DNA of 15,680 nucleotides from assembly GCA_038883795.1 (NCBI GenBank), contig JAVZLK010000037.1, positions 1-15,680 on the forward strand. The letters run 5' to 3'. This DNA is from Candidatus Bathyarchaeia archaeon (GTDB taxonomy: Archaea > Thermoproteota > Bathyarchaeia > Bathyarchaeales > Bathycorpusculaceae). The position numbers and the translations under genes were made by a program. This document shows, piece by piece, positions 1-8,555 of the stretch. Each line of letters opens with the position of its first letter. Within the stretch, counting starts at the first letter, position 1. The notes beneath the pieces were generated by a model. It was not told the origin of the DNA, did not search any database, and saw only the letters and a program-made list of their open reading frames with translations.

Positions 1-184
1 TTGGACATCTTTGGGTTAAGCCTCCCAAACGTGGTGGAACAAGCACGGTGGCTCCGCAATAAGTGCATTTTACTTGAACAACGCCTGCCGGAATTAACTC
101 TTTATAGGGTGCTCCGCAAAAGGGGCACAAGAAAGCCTCTGTCGTTTCTGACTTCTTAGTTTTTGATTGATTATTGTTTTGCAT
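1..184 (-). CDS. Partial (3'-truncated by window edge) zinc-ribbon protein, possibly followed by a B-box-like zinc finger
   Basis: Not in the ORF track. My translation from ATG at 184 is MQNNNQSKTKKSETTEAFLCPFCGAPYKELIPAGVVQVKCTYCGATVLVPPRLGGLTQRCP, with two CxxC pairs (CPFC, CTYC) and a further CP at the edge. It starts 4 nt after the stop of the 189..572 gene. Confidence 0.8.
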   Translation of the reverse strand, partial: MQNNNQSKTKKSETTEAFLCPFCGAPYKELIPAGVVQVKCTYCGATVLVPPRLGGLTQRCP

Positions 185-188
185 AAAG

Positions 189-572
189 TTAAACTTCGCC
201 TTCTTCTGGAATTGTATTATCCACAACTTTAATCCATCTTGTGGCTAAAATTTGGTTGAAATCTTCGCTTTTTGGATCAAGGTCGCTGGCAACCAGATGC
301 CAATGGTCGTTTATTGTGGCGAAGGTTGAATCCATAATGACAAATTTTGGAGTGTAACTGAAAACTTTTCTCCCTATCTTTGAAAGAATGTCCAAAGCCC
401 GTTCAACAGCCTTATACGGTATCGTGTGCTCATGCTTTCTATAAACTATCATAATCCTTTCTTTATGCCCCTTCAGGGTTTTTGTTCTCAAAACAATGAA
501 GGACTGGTCTGCATAGAATATTTTCTCCTTATCTAAGTCTAATTCGCATAGTGGACAGTTTAAGGCTTTCAC
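189..572 (-). CDS. HIT-like (histidine triad fold) protein with degenerate triad
   Basis: N-terminal CPLC, then IFYAD..., GH...IMIVYRKH and DHWHLV follow HIT-family motif order, but the third His of HxHxH is absent. GTG start. Confidence 0.6.
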   Translation of the reverse strand: MKALNCPLCELDLDKEKIFYADQSFIVLRTKTLKGHKERIMIVYRKHEHTIPYKAVERALDILSKIGRKVFSYTPKFVIMDSTFATINDHWHLVASDLDPKSEDFNQILATRWIKVVDNTIPEEGEV

Positions 573-654
573 GAAACTTTGCCCTCACAATTTATCTGTA
601 ACTTTCAAGATATAAACAAAACTCTTAATATAATGTTAGAGGAGCGAATAAAAT

Positions 655-936
655 TTGAAAATACTGCTTGATGAAATGTATGCTGGTTTGAAAGAGTATT
701 TTGAAACTTTTGGCTGGAAAGTAGTTACGGTTCAAGAGGTGGGGCTTCAGGGAGCAAGGGATAAGGATGTAGTGGAGTATGCAAAGAAAAACAATTTACT
801 ATTAGTCACGCAGGACCAGAAACTAGCAGACCTCGCAGAGCTTATGGGCGTCAAATACGTGTTAATTTCTAATGCTATGATTGCAAAAATAGCAAATGAG
901 AGGATAAGAGAAAAATATCCGGACATAAAACCTTAA
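655..936 (+). CDS. DUF5615-family PIN-like protein (Mut7-C/VapC45-like)
   Basis: MKILLDEM...GWKVVTV...GARDKDVVEYAKKNNLLLVTQDQKL matches the DUF5615 pattern (LLDE, G.xD.xI, LxTxDxxF). GAGGAG lies upstream of the TTG start. Confidence 0.8.
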   Translation: MKILLDEMYAGLKEYFETFGWKVVTVQEVGLQGARDKDVVEYAKKNNLLLVTQDQKLADLAELMGVKYVLISNAMIAKIANERIREKYPDIKP

Positions 937-940
937 TGCA

Positions 941-1210
941 GTGACCTATATGTCCACAATAGAGGTTAAAGTTATAAGTCAAAAGGGAAAGTGCGCCTTC
1001 GGACATAAAGTGGGCGACAAAATAGTTTTTGATGGAAAGTCCGTGAAGGGTGACATATGCTATAGTGCGCTCATGGTTTTGTTGCCAAAGGTCTTTGCTA
1101 TGCGTTATGGCGTTGAATTTCCATGGAGCAAAGACAAAGATGTCATATTCAATGCTTGTCCAGATGCCGAAAACCCTGTGGTCTTTGAAATTCGAAGAAT
1201 AAGAAAATAG
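941..1210 (+). CDS. TIGR04076-family protein
   Basis: KVISQKGKCAFGHKVGD...ICYSAL...CPDAENPVVFEIRRI is the characteristic family pattern. The start may be GTG 941 or ATG 950. Confidence 0.8.
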   Translation: MTYMSTIEVKVISQKGKCAFGHKVGDKIVFDGKSVKGDICYSALMVLLPKVFAMRYGVEFPWSKDKDVIFNACPDAENPVVFEIRRIRK

Positions 1211-1218
1211 TCAATTAG

Positions 1219-2292
1219 CTAAACGAGTGTTCTTTGTTTTTTTGCTGATGTAAAATTTGAAACTCTAACGCCTATTAACCTTATTTTTCTGTCATGCCTC
1301 AAATAGGTCTGTAGTAATTCCTTTGCTGTTTTCTTTAACTCCTCTAACTGGCTTGTTATTAAGGGCAGGGTTTTGCTGTGAGTGTGGGTTTCAAAGTTTT
1401 CATAGCGCACTTTGACCGTTACCGTTTTAAAGTAAAGATTCTGCCTTAAAACATCCTTATGCACTTCCTCAGAAAGCCCATCCAAAGCCTTTAGGACAAA
1501 ATCAAAATCTGAAGTGTCTTCTTCAAAGGTTGTTTCACGGCTTATGGATTTTATTTCGCCTCTCTCTTCAACCTTGCTCCTATCAATGCCATGAGCCATC
1601 AAATACATTTGGGTTCCGATGGTACCAAAAATTTCCGCTAGCGCTGTGGGGTCATAGTGAGCCAAGTCGCCTATGGTTTTTATTCCCAGAGCCTTCAGTT
1701 TTTGTTCGGTTTTTCTTCCAACCCAAAGAAGCTTACGCACTGGTAATGGAGCGAGAAATTTTTCAGCTTCCTCTTCCCTAACTATGGTTAAGCCGTCTGG
1801 TTTTTTGTAGTCGCTGGCGATTTTTGCAACAAGCTTGTTTGGACCAACACCTATGGAGCAGGTAAGCCCTTCGCTTTCAAACATTTCTTTTTTAATTTCC
1901 CTTGCCAGAGTTTCTGCTTCTGCGTAGTCTTTCACTTTTGATGTTACATCCAAGAAGGCTTCGTCTATGCCCCACTGTTCAAACTTGTCTGCATACTTCC
2001 GCAGCAAACCCATTATTCTTTCTGAAACTTTCATGTAAAGCTCATAATTGACTGGAAGATAAACGGCTTGGGGACAAAGTTTCCAAGCCCTTGAGATAGG
2101 CATGCCCGACCGTACGCCATATTTTCTCGCCTCATAATTGCACGTGCTTACAACTCCCCTGCCCTTTCCAGCTTTTGGGTCAGCGCCAACAATTACTGGT
2201 TTCCCCTTGTATTCTGGATGTTCCCTTTCTTCAATTGCTGTGAAGAAGTGGTCCATGTCTACATGGAATATTATTCGTCTTTTTTCGCTCAT
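1219..2292 (-). CDS. dinB: DNA polymerase IV (Y-family, DinB/Dpo4)
   Basis: FHVDMDHFF, CNYEARKYGVRSGM, GIDEAFLD and GVGPNKLVAKIASD motifs, an HhH (WVGRKT) and a C-terminal little finger (IRLIGVRVS). Confidence 0.97.
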   Translation of the reverse strand: MSEKRRIIFHVDMDHFFTAIEEREHPEYKGKPVIVGADPKAGKGRGVVSTCNYEARKYGVRSGMPISRAWKLCPQAVYLPVNYELYMKVSERIMGLLRKYADKFEQWGIDEAFLDVTSKVKDYAEAETLAREIKKEMFESEGLTCSIGVGPNKLVAKIASDYKKPDGLTIVREEEAEKFLAPLPVRKLLWVGRKTEQKLKALGIKTIGDLAHYDPTALAEIFGTIGTQMYLMAHGIDRSKVEERGEIKSISRETTFEEDTSDFDFVLKALDGLSEEVHKDVLRQNLYFKTVTVKVRYENFETHTHSKTLPLITSQLEELKKTAKELLQTYLRHDRKIRLIGVRVSNFTSAKKQRTLV

Positions 2293-2453
2293 AATTTCTT
2301 TTCCGAAAAAGTTATTCTAATTGGGTGATTTGAACCTATCGCAAAAAGAATGTGTACGAAATTAGGACTATGTTTAACTACACTAACGATTTTCCATTCA
2401 TAACCCTTAATGCCACCCAAACCAAAAATAAAGAAAAGTTGGAGGAATGCATC

Positions 2454-2681
2454 ATGAAGGAAATATCCCATGAGGCTGCCCGCCAAATAGCTGTAGAATT
2501 CCTAAAACAAAGGAAAAAGACGGAAAAAATAGAAATCTCCACTGTGGAGCAGAAGGGTGACGGCTGGATTATTAGGGGCACATGCCCGATAGATTTGGAA
2601 GGCCACCCGTGGGCTGAAAGATTCGAGGTTGTCGTTGACCAGAAGGGAAAAATTAAATCAACAGACTTTGCGCTTCTATAA
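2454..2681 (+). CDS. Small hypothetical protein (75 aa), PepSY-like alpha/beta pattern
   Basis: Start reassigned to ATG 2454 because GGAGG lies at 2441-2445. The pattern ISHEAARQIAVEFL...WII...FEVVVDQKGKI (helix, then beta-strands ending VD.xG.I) resembles PepSY-like domains; the fold is an inference. Confidence 0.7.
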   Translation: MKEISHEAARQIAVEFLKQRKKTEKIEISTVEQKGDGWIIRGTCPIDLEGHPWAERFEVVVDQKGKIKSTDFALL

Positions 2682-2691
2682 ACAGTCTTTT

Positions 2692-3366
2692 TCAGCTTTG
2701 AAGCGTTATTTTTCCATCATGAATTGTGTAAATTGCGTCGGCAACATCAACTATTCTTTCGTCATGTGTCGCCACTATAACTGTTTTCTTTTCGTTTCTA
2801 TTTATGTCAAAAAGTAAAGTAATAATTTCTTTAGCAGTTTTCGAATCCAACTCGCCCGTGGGCTCATCTGCAATGATTACTTCTGGGTTGTTGGCCAATG
2901 CTCTCGCTATGGCTACACGTTGCATCTCACCCGTGCTCAACTCTTTGGGTCGATGATAAAGCCGATTACCTAAACCAACAATCTCCAGAAGCTTTTTTGC
3001 CCTTTCTCTCTGCTTTTTCTGAGGCTTACCAGCCAAAGCCATAGGCAACTCCACATTTTCTAAGGCGTTAAGCGTTGGCAGCAGATTGAAAGTTTGGAAA
3101 ATAAAACCAAGGCAGGAAAGGCGAATCTTTCTTCGTTCGCTCCGCGACAACGCCAAAACGTCTTTATCGTCAAAGAAGATTTTTCCAGAAGTTGGATAAT
3201 CGTTTAACCCTATAAGGTTTAAAAGCGTTGTTTTTCCAGAGCCTGAAGGTCCGAGGAGGGATATGAAGTTTGCTTCGTTGATTTCCATGTTAACGTTGTT
3301 GACTGCTGTTATTGTTGATGAACCTAAACTGTATATTTTTGTCAAATTCACGGTTTTGATTTTCAT
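2692..3366 (-). CDS. ABC transporter ATP-binding protein, LolD/MacB-like
   Basis: Walker A GPSGSGKT, Q-loop GFIFQTFNL, signature LSTGEMQRV, Walker B IIADEPTGELD and H-loop ATHD. Confidence 0.95.
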   Translation of the reverse strand: MKIKTVNLTKIYSLGSSTITAVNNVNMEINEANFISLLGPSGSGKTTLLNLIGLNDYPTSGKIFFDDKDVLALSRSERRKIRLSCLGFIFQTFNLLPTLNALENVELPMALAGKPQKKQRERAKKLLEIVGLGNRLYHRPKELSTGEMQRVAIARALANNPEVIIADEPTGELDSKTAKEIITLLFDINRNEKKTVIVATHDERIVDVADAIYTIHDGKITLQS

Positions 3367-4559
3367 TAGTATTCAGCTCTCAAAACTTCGGCTATACGCA
3401 TTCTAATAGCATTTATTGCTGGCAGTATCCCTCCAAAACAGCATACGAGAACAATGGCGGAGAAAATTTCAATCATGTAAATGGGTGGAACAACTTCAAA
3501 AAGGCTGGGGAAAAACTGTTGAAGTGGTATGTTAGTGTAGAGGCTTGCGAGGACTATGGCGGAAAAAGAACCGGAGGCTATGCCTAATATGCCGCCTAAA
3601 ACTCCAATCAGCATTGCTTCAAAAACCACAGCGCGAAACATGTAGCTTATTGGTGCGCCTATGGCGTCTAAGGTTGCGAAGTCTCTTCGCCTTTCTGAGA
3701 CGCTCATGAGGGTTACGGTCATTACAAGTATTAGGCTCATGAGGAAAACTACGGTTTGTATGCCTACATTCCACATTTCAACTTGGGCAAGAATGGGCTG
3801 AATCATATCATTCCTTTCATCTTCTGTTAAGGCATTTACAGATTCGACTTGTCTTTCTATTTCCTCTGCCAAATCCTTCTGTGAGCAGCCTTGAACTGGT
3901 TTTGCAGTGATTATGTTAATTCTTCCTGGATAATAGATTGTTTGTGCAAGTTGGAGCGGCATTATTATGCTTCGGGTTAGTATGGCTAATCTTGTGTCTA
4001 AAATTCCCGTGACATTCAACGCATAACCGTTTATCTCTATTATTGAACCAACTGCTAAATTGTTTTGTTCTGCTAAGGATGGACCAACAACAACTTCGTT
4101 ACTTGACTCGTTTGTGGGAAAATGTCCTCCCTCTTTTAATGGGGTTGGTCCGAGGAGCATTTGCCAACATTCTAAGGGTATTCCGAAAGTGAAGTTTGGT
4201 GGAACTGGAGTGATTATTCCTTCCAAAGTTATAGATGTTATAAACAATATGGGAACAGTCTTCTCCACCTTATCCATTCCATTTATTGTTTCGAACAAAT
4301 TTGGTGGGAGGAAGCCTCTTGTTATTGGAATTGCCTGAATAACTATTGTGTCTTTGCTGACAACCATAACTTGTCCGCTAAATAATATGTTCATTTCTTT
4401 GATTACGGTTGTATAACGCATTGTTGTGGCGCCCACGGCGATTACAAATGTTGTTGCCAGTGTCACGCCTAAAATGCATAATACTGTTCGCATTTTCCTT
4501 CTGAAGAGATTGCGAAAGCAGAAGGTTAGCAGCCTCGTTTTCGAACGCTCCCAAATCAT
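3366..4559 (-). CDS. ABC transporter permease, MacB/FtsX family
   Basis: RNLFRRKMRTVL followed by TM1, a large extracytoplasmic domain, then SVSERRRDFATLDAIGA, three further TMs and a C-terminal PAINAIRM..AEVLRAE. It overlaps the ATPase start by 1 nt. Confidence 0.93.
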   Translation of the reverse strand: MIWERSKTRLLTFCFRNLFRRKMRTVLCILGVTLATTFVIAVGATTMRYTTVIKEMNILFSGQVMVVSKDTIVIQAIPITRGFLPPNLFETINGMDKVEKTVPILFITSITLEGIITPVPPNFTFGIPLECWQMLLGPTPLKEGGHFPTNESSNEVVVGPSLAEQNNLAVGSIIEINGYALNVTGILDTRLAILTRSIIMPLQLAQTIYYPGRINIITAKPVQGCSQKDLAEEIERQVESVNALTEDERNDMIQPILAQVEMWNVGIQTVVFLMSLILVMTVTLMSVSERRRDFATLDAIGAPISYMFRAVVFEAMLIGVLGGILGIASGSFSAIVLASLYTNIPLQQFFPSLFEVVPPIYMIEIFSAIVLVCCFGGILPAINAIRMRIAEVLRAEY

Positions 4560-4638
4560 TCGATAATCTTATAAAAATTATATATAAAACATTCACAATT
4601 AAGCAATGGATTGATTCGGTGTAAAAGGGTGAAAATGA

Positions 4639-7600
4639 ATGAGAATGAAAAAGTTTTTAGCGCTACCGATAATAGGGTTGATTCTTGCCGCAACCTTCGC
4701 CTCAATACTAATTAGTCCACCAGTTTTGGCACAATATGTATCATTAACTGGAGTCTTTGACCATGGAGAGGACACTGATACGGACTTGCTTTACAATTTT
4801 TTGGTTGTTGACGTAGAACTTCAAGTGAATGCTGCTGGGACATATAAGGTAAGCATAACTTCACTAAGAGACCAATACTATAATTCATTTTATTATCAAG
4901 TCGAAAATGAAACGTATTTGGATGTTGGGAAACATAATGTGAGTTTGTCATTCAATGGAATAGCGATTTACGGAAGCAAAATTAACGTGACCGTGATTTG
5001 TGCTATATCTCTCATTTACCACGTTGGCAACACCTACATTGCAGAACTTTTCCCCGAGAGACCTCTATCCCAAACTTACAATTACACGTTATTTGATACT
5101 GGAGCAGTTTTGACTGGAACCTTTTACGATGAGGGCATAGACACGGATGGTGATGGTTTATTCAATTTTCTAGGGATTAGTGCAGAAGTGGATGTTGATG
5201 ACGGAGCACAGTATCAGCTTACAATTTCGGGACTGCAAAATGTGTCTGACTATACCTATGAAACAATATACATCTCCAACTTCACACAAACTTCTCTGCC
5301 GCCAGGCTTATACAATTTGACGGTTTGGCTTTATGGACCGACAATTTACGCTTCCCACGCCACTAACATATCCATTATCAACTGGATAGAACTATACTTT
5401 ATTGAAGACTACAAACAATTCGAACTTAACTATACATCTTATCGTCCACTAAGCAGACCATACCATTATGACGAGTTTGAAACACCAGCCTCCTTTACTG
5501 GAGTAATCTTCGATGAAGGAGTTGACGAGGAACCAGATGGAAAATTTGACTATTTGAAAATAAGCGCTCAAGTCAACATCACAGAAGCAAACTTTTATTA
5601 TTTAGAGGTCTCAGGTCTTCTGGATAGTGCGTTTCAGAAAATCTTTGTATCTGGTGAGTTGGATGGCTATTTTGATGTTGGCGTTCGCCTTGTAAACTTG
5701 ACCCTTTACGGACCAAAAATCTATTTGTCAAAGCTTAACCCGAGATACATAACATCATTAAGCATAAGCACTTATATAGAAGGTTGGGGAGACCTGCCCA
5801 CTGACCGCCTTTCCAATATCCCCTTGTCAAGGGAGTATAATTACACGGATTTTGAATCCCACGCCTTTTTAACTGGCAACATTTCTGCCATGGGCGTTGA
5901 TACTGATGAGGATGGATTGTTTAATTATTTAGCTGTTGGTGTTGAAATTAACGTTACAGAAGCTGGAATTTACGAGGTTGGCATAGAAGGCTTAATGGAA
6001 AAGACCGATGGTTCATATAACTATCTATACATTCCTCAATGGATGATAGGCCATTTTGACGTAGGCGTCCAAACGGTTTATTTGAACTATTCTGGGCCGA
6101 GGCTTGCGCATGACCATTTTAGCCCAACAAACGTTAGCTCTGTCCAGTTAAACGAAGGGACGTATCCATATGCACAATTAGGCTATATTCCCTCAGCCTC
6201 GCTTCCACAAAAATATGATTATACCCTTTTTGATGCTCCCCTGAATGATATACAATTAAACTTTGTTGTCTATCCAAATGGCACAATAGGCGTGGAGGGA
6301 ACAGTCAACTTTACGCACATGTATTCAGAAAACATGGGACCCCAAGTAAACGCTTCAATAAACATCTCAACAGCAGATGATATAACAACGGGTTCAGCTA
6401 ACGGCAGAGTAGTCTTACCCACAAACGGCATGTTTGGTTGGCCCTTTAACTCTCTTATGGCGAATTACTCCTCAAAATATGAAGAAGGCTTAGTGAATTC
6501 AACCCTTCAAGGCGTTTTGTTTGTTCCGCCAGAAGCAAGAAACACCTATCCGGCCAACGCTACAGACTTCGAACTTGTTAGCTTATATAAGAATGGAATG
6601 CTTGATGTAGAGTTGTGGGGAGAAACCCAAATACCCTCCTATGAAACCATGTTCCCCTTCAACGCCACAGACCTAACAATACTCGCAGACTACTTGAATG
6701 GCGAACTTTATGGAAACATCACATTCCACTTAATAGCTGGATTTCCAGAACTTGATGTGGTAGTTCATTTCAGAGGCAACAAAACAGACCTATACTTAAC
6801 AGACCATGTCAATGTAACATATGGGAACTATTTTGGAATGGAAATAAATGCCACAACCCTTGAAGGAATGCTTGCGGAATTAAACAGTACAATTCCAGGC
6901 CCAATGGGTTTAGTGGCTAACAACACTTGGGGCTTGCTAGAATGCACCAGTCTAAACACTACAAAAAACGAATGGCCAGACGGAAATGGAGCAGACGTCC
7001 AATATAATGCCACTATTCATGGAAACTTCACGCTCTTCATCGCAAGACTCTTAACGCTGACATTTTTCGGAGGACCACACGAAGCGGAACAAGCAATTTA
7101 CGCTGCCTTAGAATCGATGTTTTCCTCGGTTGAGAATGCTTCTTTAAGGCTTTGCTACCTTAAAGATTCGGGGCTTGCAGCCATTGACAAGCTAAAGTTT
7201 ACTTGTGACGTTAAGAAATTATGGAATAAAGCGTTAGAACTTATTCCACCAACACTTCCGCCAGAGTATAGAACGCAAGTGGAAGCAATGCTTAAAGTAG
7301 CAAACGCCACAACATACGCCATACAAGACGCAAGTTTCAACGCAACCTACTCAAGCACAGAGAAAAAGCTATACTTTGACGCTTATCTCTTGTCAAACGC
7401 AACTCAAATGGATGAAGAGCTAAAGATAATATTGCCAGAAACCGTTCCACCAGAACTACGCCCCATCTTTGAATCCTATCTCAGCGTCACCTACTGCAAT
7501 TTAACCTATTATGAAACAACAGTTAGATACGTGAACGGAACAGCCGACTTCCAAATGAACTGGACTCTTGAAGGAGACTTCAAAGCACAACTAAACCATG

Positions 7601-8499
7601 TAAAACGCTTTTACATAGACTATTACAACGCAACAGCCCCATGGATGATAGGTTGGCAGCTTCGCATGCTCAACATGACAGAAATAGACGTGAGCAACTT
7701 TAACGCAGAGGTCAAAATGGGCAGAGACCACTTTTACCTTACTTTTAGTGGAGTTTTCGTGGAACCGCCAACTGATGAGATAGACCTCATAAGATTTAAA
7801 CTTTACAATTGGCTCAACATGACAACAGCTCCAGACGCACCGCCCCGCGAATTTGAAAAGCTAAAAATCACATTTAGCGGTGGTTTCAATGGTACCCATA
7901 CAATTCTACTATATGCGCCAGACACTGTGCCCGCTCCAGACATAACTTCATTAGATTATAAGAGTATGACTTGGCAAAATGTCTCACTAAGCGATTTGAA
8001 GGACTTGAGGTTCCACATAGCCTATCAAGGAGTTATAAACTATCTTGCCAAAACCTATTACGTTCCAATCTTCACAAACTCAACAGTAAACAACTTCGCC
8101 TTTAATCCAGACGCCAAAGGCATAAGCTTCAATGTAACTGGAACAACCGGCACTGGTTTCTGTAACATAACAATTCCAAAAGCGCTTCTAAAAGGCGAAC
8201 CATGGACCATCAAAATTGACGGATTAACATTGCCTTCAGAGAATTACACAGTAACAGAAAACGATGAATATGCCTTCATATACTTGAATTACACGCATTC
8301 AGAACACAGAATAGAAATAGTTGGCACATGGGTTGTTGCAGAATTCCCGCCGAACACGCTTACAATATTATTGATGGCGATAAGTCTAATAACAATAATA
8401 ATCACAGTTAAACAAAGAAAGAAACTAAACGCATTAAAAACAAAATATCAAAGCACAATCACCACATTGACAAATAGGTTTCACCAATTAAGAATCTAA
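4639..8499 (+). CDS. Large secreted S-layer-like surface glycoprotein with PEF-CTERM-like C-terminal anchor
   Basis: Signal peptide (MKKFLALPIIGLILAATFASILISPPVLA), four ~125-aa repeats and abundant N-x-S/T sequons. The C-terminus is VVAEFP, a TM helix and KQRKK. Confidence 0.85.
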   Translation: MRMKKFLALPIIGLILAATFASILISPPVLAQYVSLTGVFDHGEDTDTDLLYNFLVVDVELQVNAAGTYKVSITSLRDQYYNSFYYQVENETYLDVGKHNVSLSFNGIAIYGSKINVTVICAISLIYHVGNTYIAELFPERPLSQTYNYTLFDTGAVLTGTFYDEGIDTDGDGLFNFLGISAEVDVDDGAQYQLTISGLQNVSDYTYETIYISNFTQTSLPPGLYNLTVWLYGPTIYASHATNISIINWIELYFIEDYKQFELNYTSYRPLSRPYHYDEFETPASFTGVIFDEGVDEEPDGKFDYLKISAQVNITEANFYYLEVSGLLDSAFQKIFVSGELDGYFDVGVRLVNLTLYGPKIYLSKLNPRYITSLSISTYIEGWGDLPTDRLSNIPLSREYNYTDFESHAFLTGNISAMGVDTDEDGLFNYLAVGVEINVTEAGIYEVGIEGLMEKTDGSYNYLYIPQWMIGHFDVGVQTVYLNYSGPRLAHDHFSPTNVSSVQLNEGTYPYAQLGYIPSASLPQKYDYTLFDAPLNDIQLNFVVYPNGTIGVEGTVNFTHMYSENMGPQVNASINISTADDITTGSANGRVVLPTNGMFGWPFNSLMANYSSKYEEGLVNSTLQGVLFVPPEARNTYPANATDFELVSLYKNGMLDVELWGETQIPSYETMFPFNATDLTILADYLNGELYGNITFHLIAGFPELDVVVHFRGNKTDLYLTDHVNVTYGNYFGMEINATTLEGMLAELNSTIPGPMGLVANNTWGLLECTSLNTTKNEWPDGNGADVQYNATIHGNFTLFIARLLTLTFFGGPHEAEQAIYAALESMFSSVENASLRLCYLKDSGLAAIDKLKFTCDVKKLWNKALELIPPTLPPEYRTQVEAMLKVANATTYAIQDASFNATYSSTEKKLYFDAYLLSNATQMDEELKIILPETVPPELRPIFESYLSVTYCNLTYYETTVRYVNGTADFQMNWTLEGDFKAQLNHVKRFYIDYYNATAPWMIGWQLRMLNMTEIDVSNFNAEVKMGRDHFYLTFSGVFVEPPTDEIDLIRFKLYNWLNMTTAPDAPPREFEKLKITFSGGFNGTHTILLYAPDTVPAPDITSLDYKSMTWQNVSLSDLKDLRFHIAYQGVINYLAKTYYVPIFTNSTVNNFAFNPDAKGISFNVTGTTGTGFCNITIPKALLKGEPWTIKIDGLTLPSENYTVTENDEYAFIYLNYTHSEHRIEIVGTWVVAEFPPNTLTILLMAISLITIIITVKQRKKLNALKTKYQSTITTLTNRFHQLRI
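4741..6237 (+). repeat. Four tandem ~125-aa domain repeats with DxDxDG-like acidic motif
   Basis: Repeats start near 4741, 5104, 5488 and 5863 (DHGEDTDTDLLYNFL, DEGIDTDGDGLFNFL, DEGVDEEPDGKFDYL, AMGVDTDEDGLFNYL). They end in PLSQTYNYTLFD, PLSRPYHYDEFE, PLSREYNYTDFE and SLPQKYDYTLFD. Confidence 0.9.
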
Positions 8500-8513
8500 T
8501 TCCCCTTTTTCTT
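8500..8513 (+). terminator. Pyrimidine/oligo-T terminator of the surface protein gene
   Basis: TTCCCCTTTTTCTT directly after the TAA. Confidence 0.5.
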
Positions 8514-8514
8514 C

Positions 8515-8525
8515 AAAAGTTATAT
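8515..8525 (+). promoter_or_regulatory. BRE/TATA promoter for the Usp gene
   Basis: AAAAG-TTATAT about 30 nt upstream of ATG 8556. Confidence 0.5.
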
Positions 8526-8555
8526 CTTTAATCTACAAATAAACTCTTATAGAGG

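Noticed and set aside
2291-2316. Imperfect dyad TTTTC-C-GAAAA at the dinB start as a damage-response operator
   Set aside because: It is short and low-complexity, and I did not see it upstream of the SplB-like gene.
2352-2453. N-terminal extension of the 2352..2681 ORF
   Set aside because: The GGAGG before ATG 2454 indicates the true start; the extension reads like promoter DNA.
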